64,000 bases of DNA from contig OX597816.1 of assembly GCA_951406725.2 (NCBI GenBank), positions 52,080,001 to 52,144,000 of the forward strand, written 5' to 3'. Below the pieces are notes generated by a model. That model was not told the DNA's origin. It searched no databases and saw only the letters and a list, made by a program, of their open reading frames with translations. Each line of letters starts with the position of its first letter. Position 1 is the stretch's first letter. The position numbers and the translations under genes were made by a program. The DNA comes from Octopus vulgaris (taxonomy: Eukaryota). Shown here in pieces: positions 60,720 to 64,000 of this stretch.

Positions 60720-61232
60720 CCATCCTTATGAAAATATGTATGAGTGATATCAGAATTTCGAAGCAACTTCCCTTTGGCCAATTCCCAACAAGAAGATCAG
60801 TTGCACTTCAAAGGCAAACTAAAAGACAATCTGAAGTGATGCAACATTCCCTTTTCTTCCCGGAAAAGCAGAGCTTCAGAACGCATGAGCTTGCACCAGT
60901 CTTGATTCAATTATTAAAGCAAAGTCAACTCCAGCATCGGGACCAACTTCGTATAGGTATGAAGGCACGCTGGCAAAACGCTGTTCCTTTAAATGGAAAC
61001 CTTATCTGTCATTGTGGTTTTGTGACACGAAACAAAGCAGCCGTTGCCACCCCCTCAAGAAAACACATAGTAAATGATCCACAAACACTTAAGCAAACTG
61101 AGTTCTTAACTTGTTTTATTTGCCAAAAGGCTAACAAGGCACTAGCAGGCCTCAAGAGACACTATCGAGTCCATAAAACATAATTAAAGCTTTATTTCAC
61201 TGAATCCTCATTTGTTGTTCACGAGAGAATTT

Positions 61233-61235
<3 letters not shown>
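60720..61235 (+). mobile_element. RTE-like LINE 3' remnant with decayed C-terminal C2H2-type fingers
   Basis: RISKQLPFGQ...KDNLK (shifted frame) resembles the RTE 'RLPKQLLYGEL..R.KD.LK' motif. It ends CFICQKANKALAGLKRHYRVHKT*. Confidence 0.65.
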
Positions 61236-61291
<56 letters not shown>

Positions 61292-61963
61292 TATATAGGG
61301 TGATAAGTTGGTTTTTTTTTGTTTTTTTTTAATTCACCACCAATGGTCTAGCATCTATAAAAATTCAATAGACACTTAGCGGTTCAGCAAAAGAGACCGA
61401 TAGAATAAGTACTGGGCTTACAAAAAAATAAGTGCCGGGGTCGATTTGCTCGACTAAAGGCGGTGCTCCAGCCTGGCTGCAGTTAAATGACTGAAACAAG
61501 TGAAAAAGAAAAAGAGAAAGAGAGAGACAACATATTCTCAAATATAAAATAGTGTACATTTGAACACAAGAGAAAACTGCCTTCAACAGGCAGTTTTTAC
61601 ACGCTAGAAGTAGTCAAAACGACCAAAACCACATTTAAGAGCAATCTTCAAAAGGAATGAAAACTAAAAACTTTTACCTTGTTTATTTATTCCACTCAGA
61701 CCTAGATTTCTAAATTTTTTTAGCAAAAAATAATTTACTAGGAGAAATTTTCCATCAGTGACCGCGCCATAACACTAACTCCGTTTGGTCCATTCTGTTC
61801 TTCTGTGTATCCATATATGCGCAGGCGTTTGAGTCTGTATTCGTGTGAGTGCGTGTCTATGTATGTGTGCGTGTTTGTGTGTGTGCCTCTGTGTGTGTGT
61901 GCGTATGCGTGTCTATGTGTTTCGGACAATGGACATGAGTTAAAATAGGAAAAGTAATAAACG

Positions 61964-62034
<71 letters not shown>

Positions 62035-62036
<2 letters not shown>

Positions 62037-63353
62037 TAGCAGAGATACCCGGCGTTGCCCGTGTTACATACAATTGAAGAATTAGACTTTTCTGTTATAG
62101 TTTCTCTAATGAACTGGAATATCTGTTTCGAATTTCATCAAAATTGCAGTTGAGGGTTATTTCCTTCTTTACACGCCCCCCAAAAATTGTAATCGTGCCA
62201 CATGTATCCTATACTACTGATTTTTATGCACAGATTCCAAAATTCCAGTCTTATTGAACCTGTTAAAAAGATTTTGCTCGTGAAAAATGAAGATCATGGA
62301 GCTCTAAAATGTGAGAGTTAACGACCCTGTTGGGGGTGGGCATCTTAATGCCAACCAGAGAAGTTGAATTATTGAGAATCTTTTTAACTTGGGTCTTATA
62401 TCTATTGTTTGAATTTCTTTGAAATAGGAAATATATGTTCACTGTGTTTGTAAAAGAGAGCAAAGCTACAGGAAACCAAAAGACGAATGATCACAATAAG
62501 CAGTCAGTTACCCTACCCTAGTCGTAACCACTCCCAATGTAGGATTCCTCACCGTCCAGGTGACAGGCACAGCCATAAGATGCATTACGAATCTATAGCA
62601 ATTGGAAGGGCATGACCCAACTGAAATAAACATTAACATTTGTGTGACATGAGGGCTAAGGAGAAATTAAAGTGTCACCTCTGGAGTTTGCAAATGACCA
62701 CTATACTGATACGTAATTGGACAGAATAAATTTACAATCTATAAATGTCTCTGAATAACCAGTCACTCATCTGGGAAGGCCTTGAAGTCAATGTTACCAT
62801 CTGGGGACTGTGTGTGACTGAGTGATGATAAAAAGACTGAAAGTAGGTCTGCAATCAAATAACTTTACTGAACTCTTTGCAACTGAATCAGTGGAGGCAA
62901 AGATGCCTCTCATTTACTTGACAATTTATGCTGCACATTGCAGAATTCACAATCTAAGTGTATGTCAAAGCAAACTCTTATACTGTTGTACCATTGAATT
63001 ACAAATAATGCTCAACTTTTATCCTCGGGTAACCCTACAGCTTCCAAGAGCACAACTGTATTCGTTTTTGCTTAGATAAAATGACAAAATTGTGGGTGTT
63101 AAGTCCCCATGGAGGGAGGTCTTTCTAACTTTGTAAGAAGATGAAATTTTATAAATATTATTTCATTTGTGTCTAATATCAATGGTTAAAATTTCATCAA
63201 CAGCAAAGATATATGATTTGTCATGGGCGTTATGGCCCTTATGCATAGAATATAAATTCCAAATTTCATAAAAATCCATTCAGTACTTTTGACCTAGTTT
63301 TGGATCATAAAAGAAATTACTAAAATTTGGGAGTTAAGGCTCACATTAGGGTG

Positions 63354-63355
<2 letters not shown>
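62035..63355. mobile_element. Probable HINE/Helentron-type non-autonomous element (~1.3 kb) in (TA)n
   Basis: Begins ACTAGCAGAGATACCCGGCGTTGCCCG (terminal hairpin motif) and has internal 'AAATTTCAT(C/A)AAA' repeats. (TA)n on both sides, no ORF. Confidence 0.55.
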
Positions 63356-63409
<54 letters not shown>

Positions 63410-63411
<2 letters not shown>

Positions 63412-63630
63412 TAATAAATATTAGGGAATGAATCCAAATTTACAGGGAAAAATCAGATTTAGGATTGAATCCAATTTTATAGTAAAATATGATATAATAT
63501 TATTAGAGACAAAACCACTATTATGCAAATCAAACAAAGAAAGACTTAATCCAATACATAAAAAAATTTATATAATTTTATATTATGTTTGATTTGCATA
63601 ATAGTGGTTTTGTCTCTAATAATATTATAT

Positions 63631-63635
<5 letters not shown>
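63410..63635. repeat. (TA)n-flanked insert containing an ~48-bp inverted repeat (63488-63536 / 63586-63635)
   Basis: ATATAATATTATTAGAGACAAAACCACTATTATGCAAATCAAACA and its reverse complement. Confidence 0.8.
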
Positions 63636-63663
<28 letters not shown>

Positions 63664-63742
63664 TGATAGAAAGATAGTTAGAGAAATAGATAGATAGATA
63701 CATACATACATACATACATACATACATACATACATACATACA

Positions 63743-63778
<36 letters not shown>

Positions 63779-64000
63779 TGCACACACACATACAAAGATA
63801 AATTGATAGATACAACTGATTGGGCAAACAAAAATATGAGACACAGCCTAGTGCTTTTTTATGTTGATAAGCCTGGTACTTATTCTATTAGTTTGCACTT
63901 GTGAAAGCAGTAAGTTATGTGGATGTAAATAAATGAACAGCAGTTGTGAAGCAATGATGAGTGCGAAACACAGAGACAAAGACACACACATACACTTACA

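Noticed and set aside
60632-61183. 183-aa ORF ending in a C2H2-like finger, as a host zinc-finger gene
   Set aside because: It starts in a (TG)n tract, the first finger is broken, and upstream motifs fit an RTE LINE C-terminus.

Overview
This is AT-rich eukaryotic DNA saturated with microsatellites. The repeat landscape looks like an Octopus (cephalopod) genome, which is an inference from recalled repeat families. Almost all entries in the supplied ORF track are artefacts of simple repeats. I can support one host coding exon: the first coding exon of a Cys-loop/nicotinic acetylcholine receptor subunit (minus strand, 21582-21385), followed by an intron that appears to run off the left end of the window. 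The rest is retroelement debris: three tRNA-headed SINE families, 5'-truncated Dong/R4-clade (RLE) LINEs in (TAA)n tracts, Tx1-, CR1- and RTE-type LINE 3' ends, HINE/Crypton-like non-autonomous DNA elements, and several Penelope-like (PLE) fragments carrying hammerhead ribozyme (HHR) motifs, often as palindromes in (TA)n. The most notable observation is a fourth SINE-like family with the layout tRNA-like Pol III head + internal (AAT)n + tail with a minimal type I hammerhead. All four loci show a PLE-type inverted duplication, which suggests a Penelope-mobilised ribozyme SINE. Two SINE/LINE shared 3' tails (CR1-like and Tx1-like) are also directly visible. Family names come from motif recognition, not database searches, and element boundaries are approximate unless stated.
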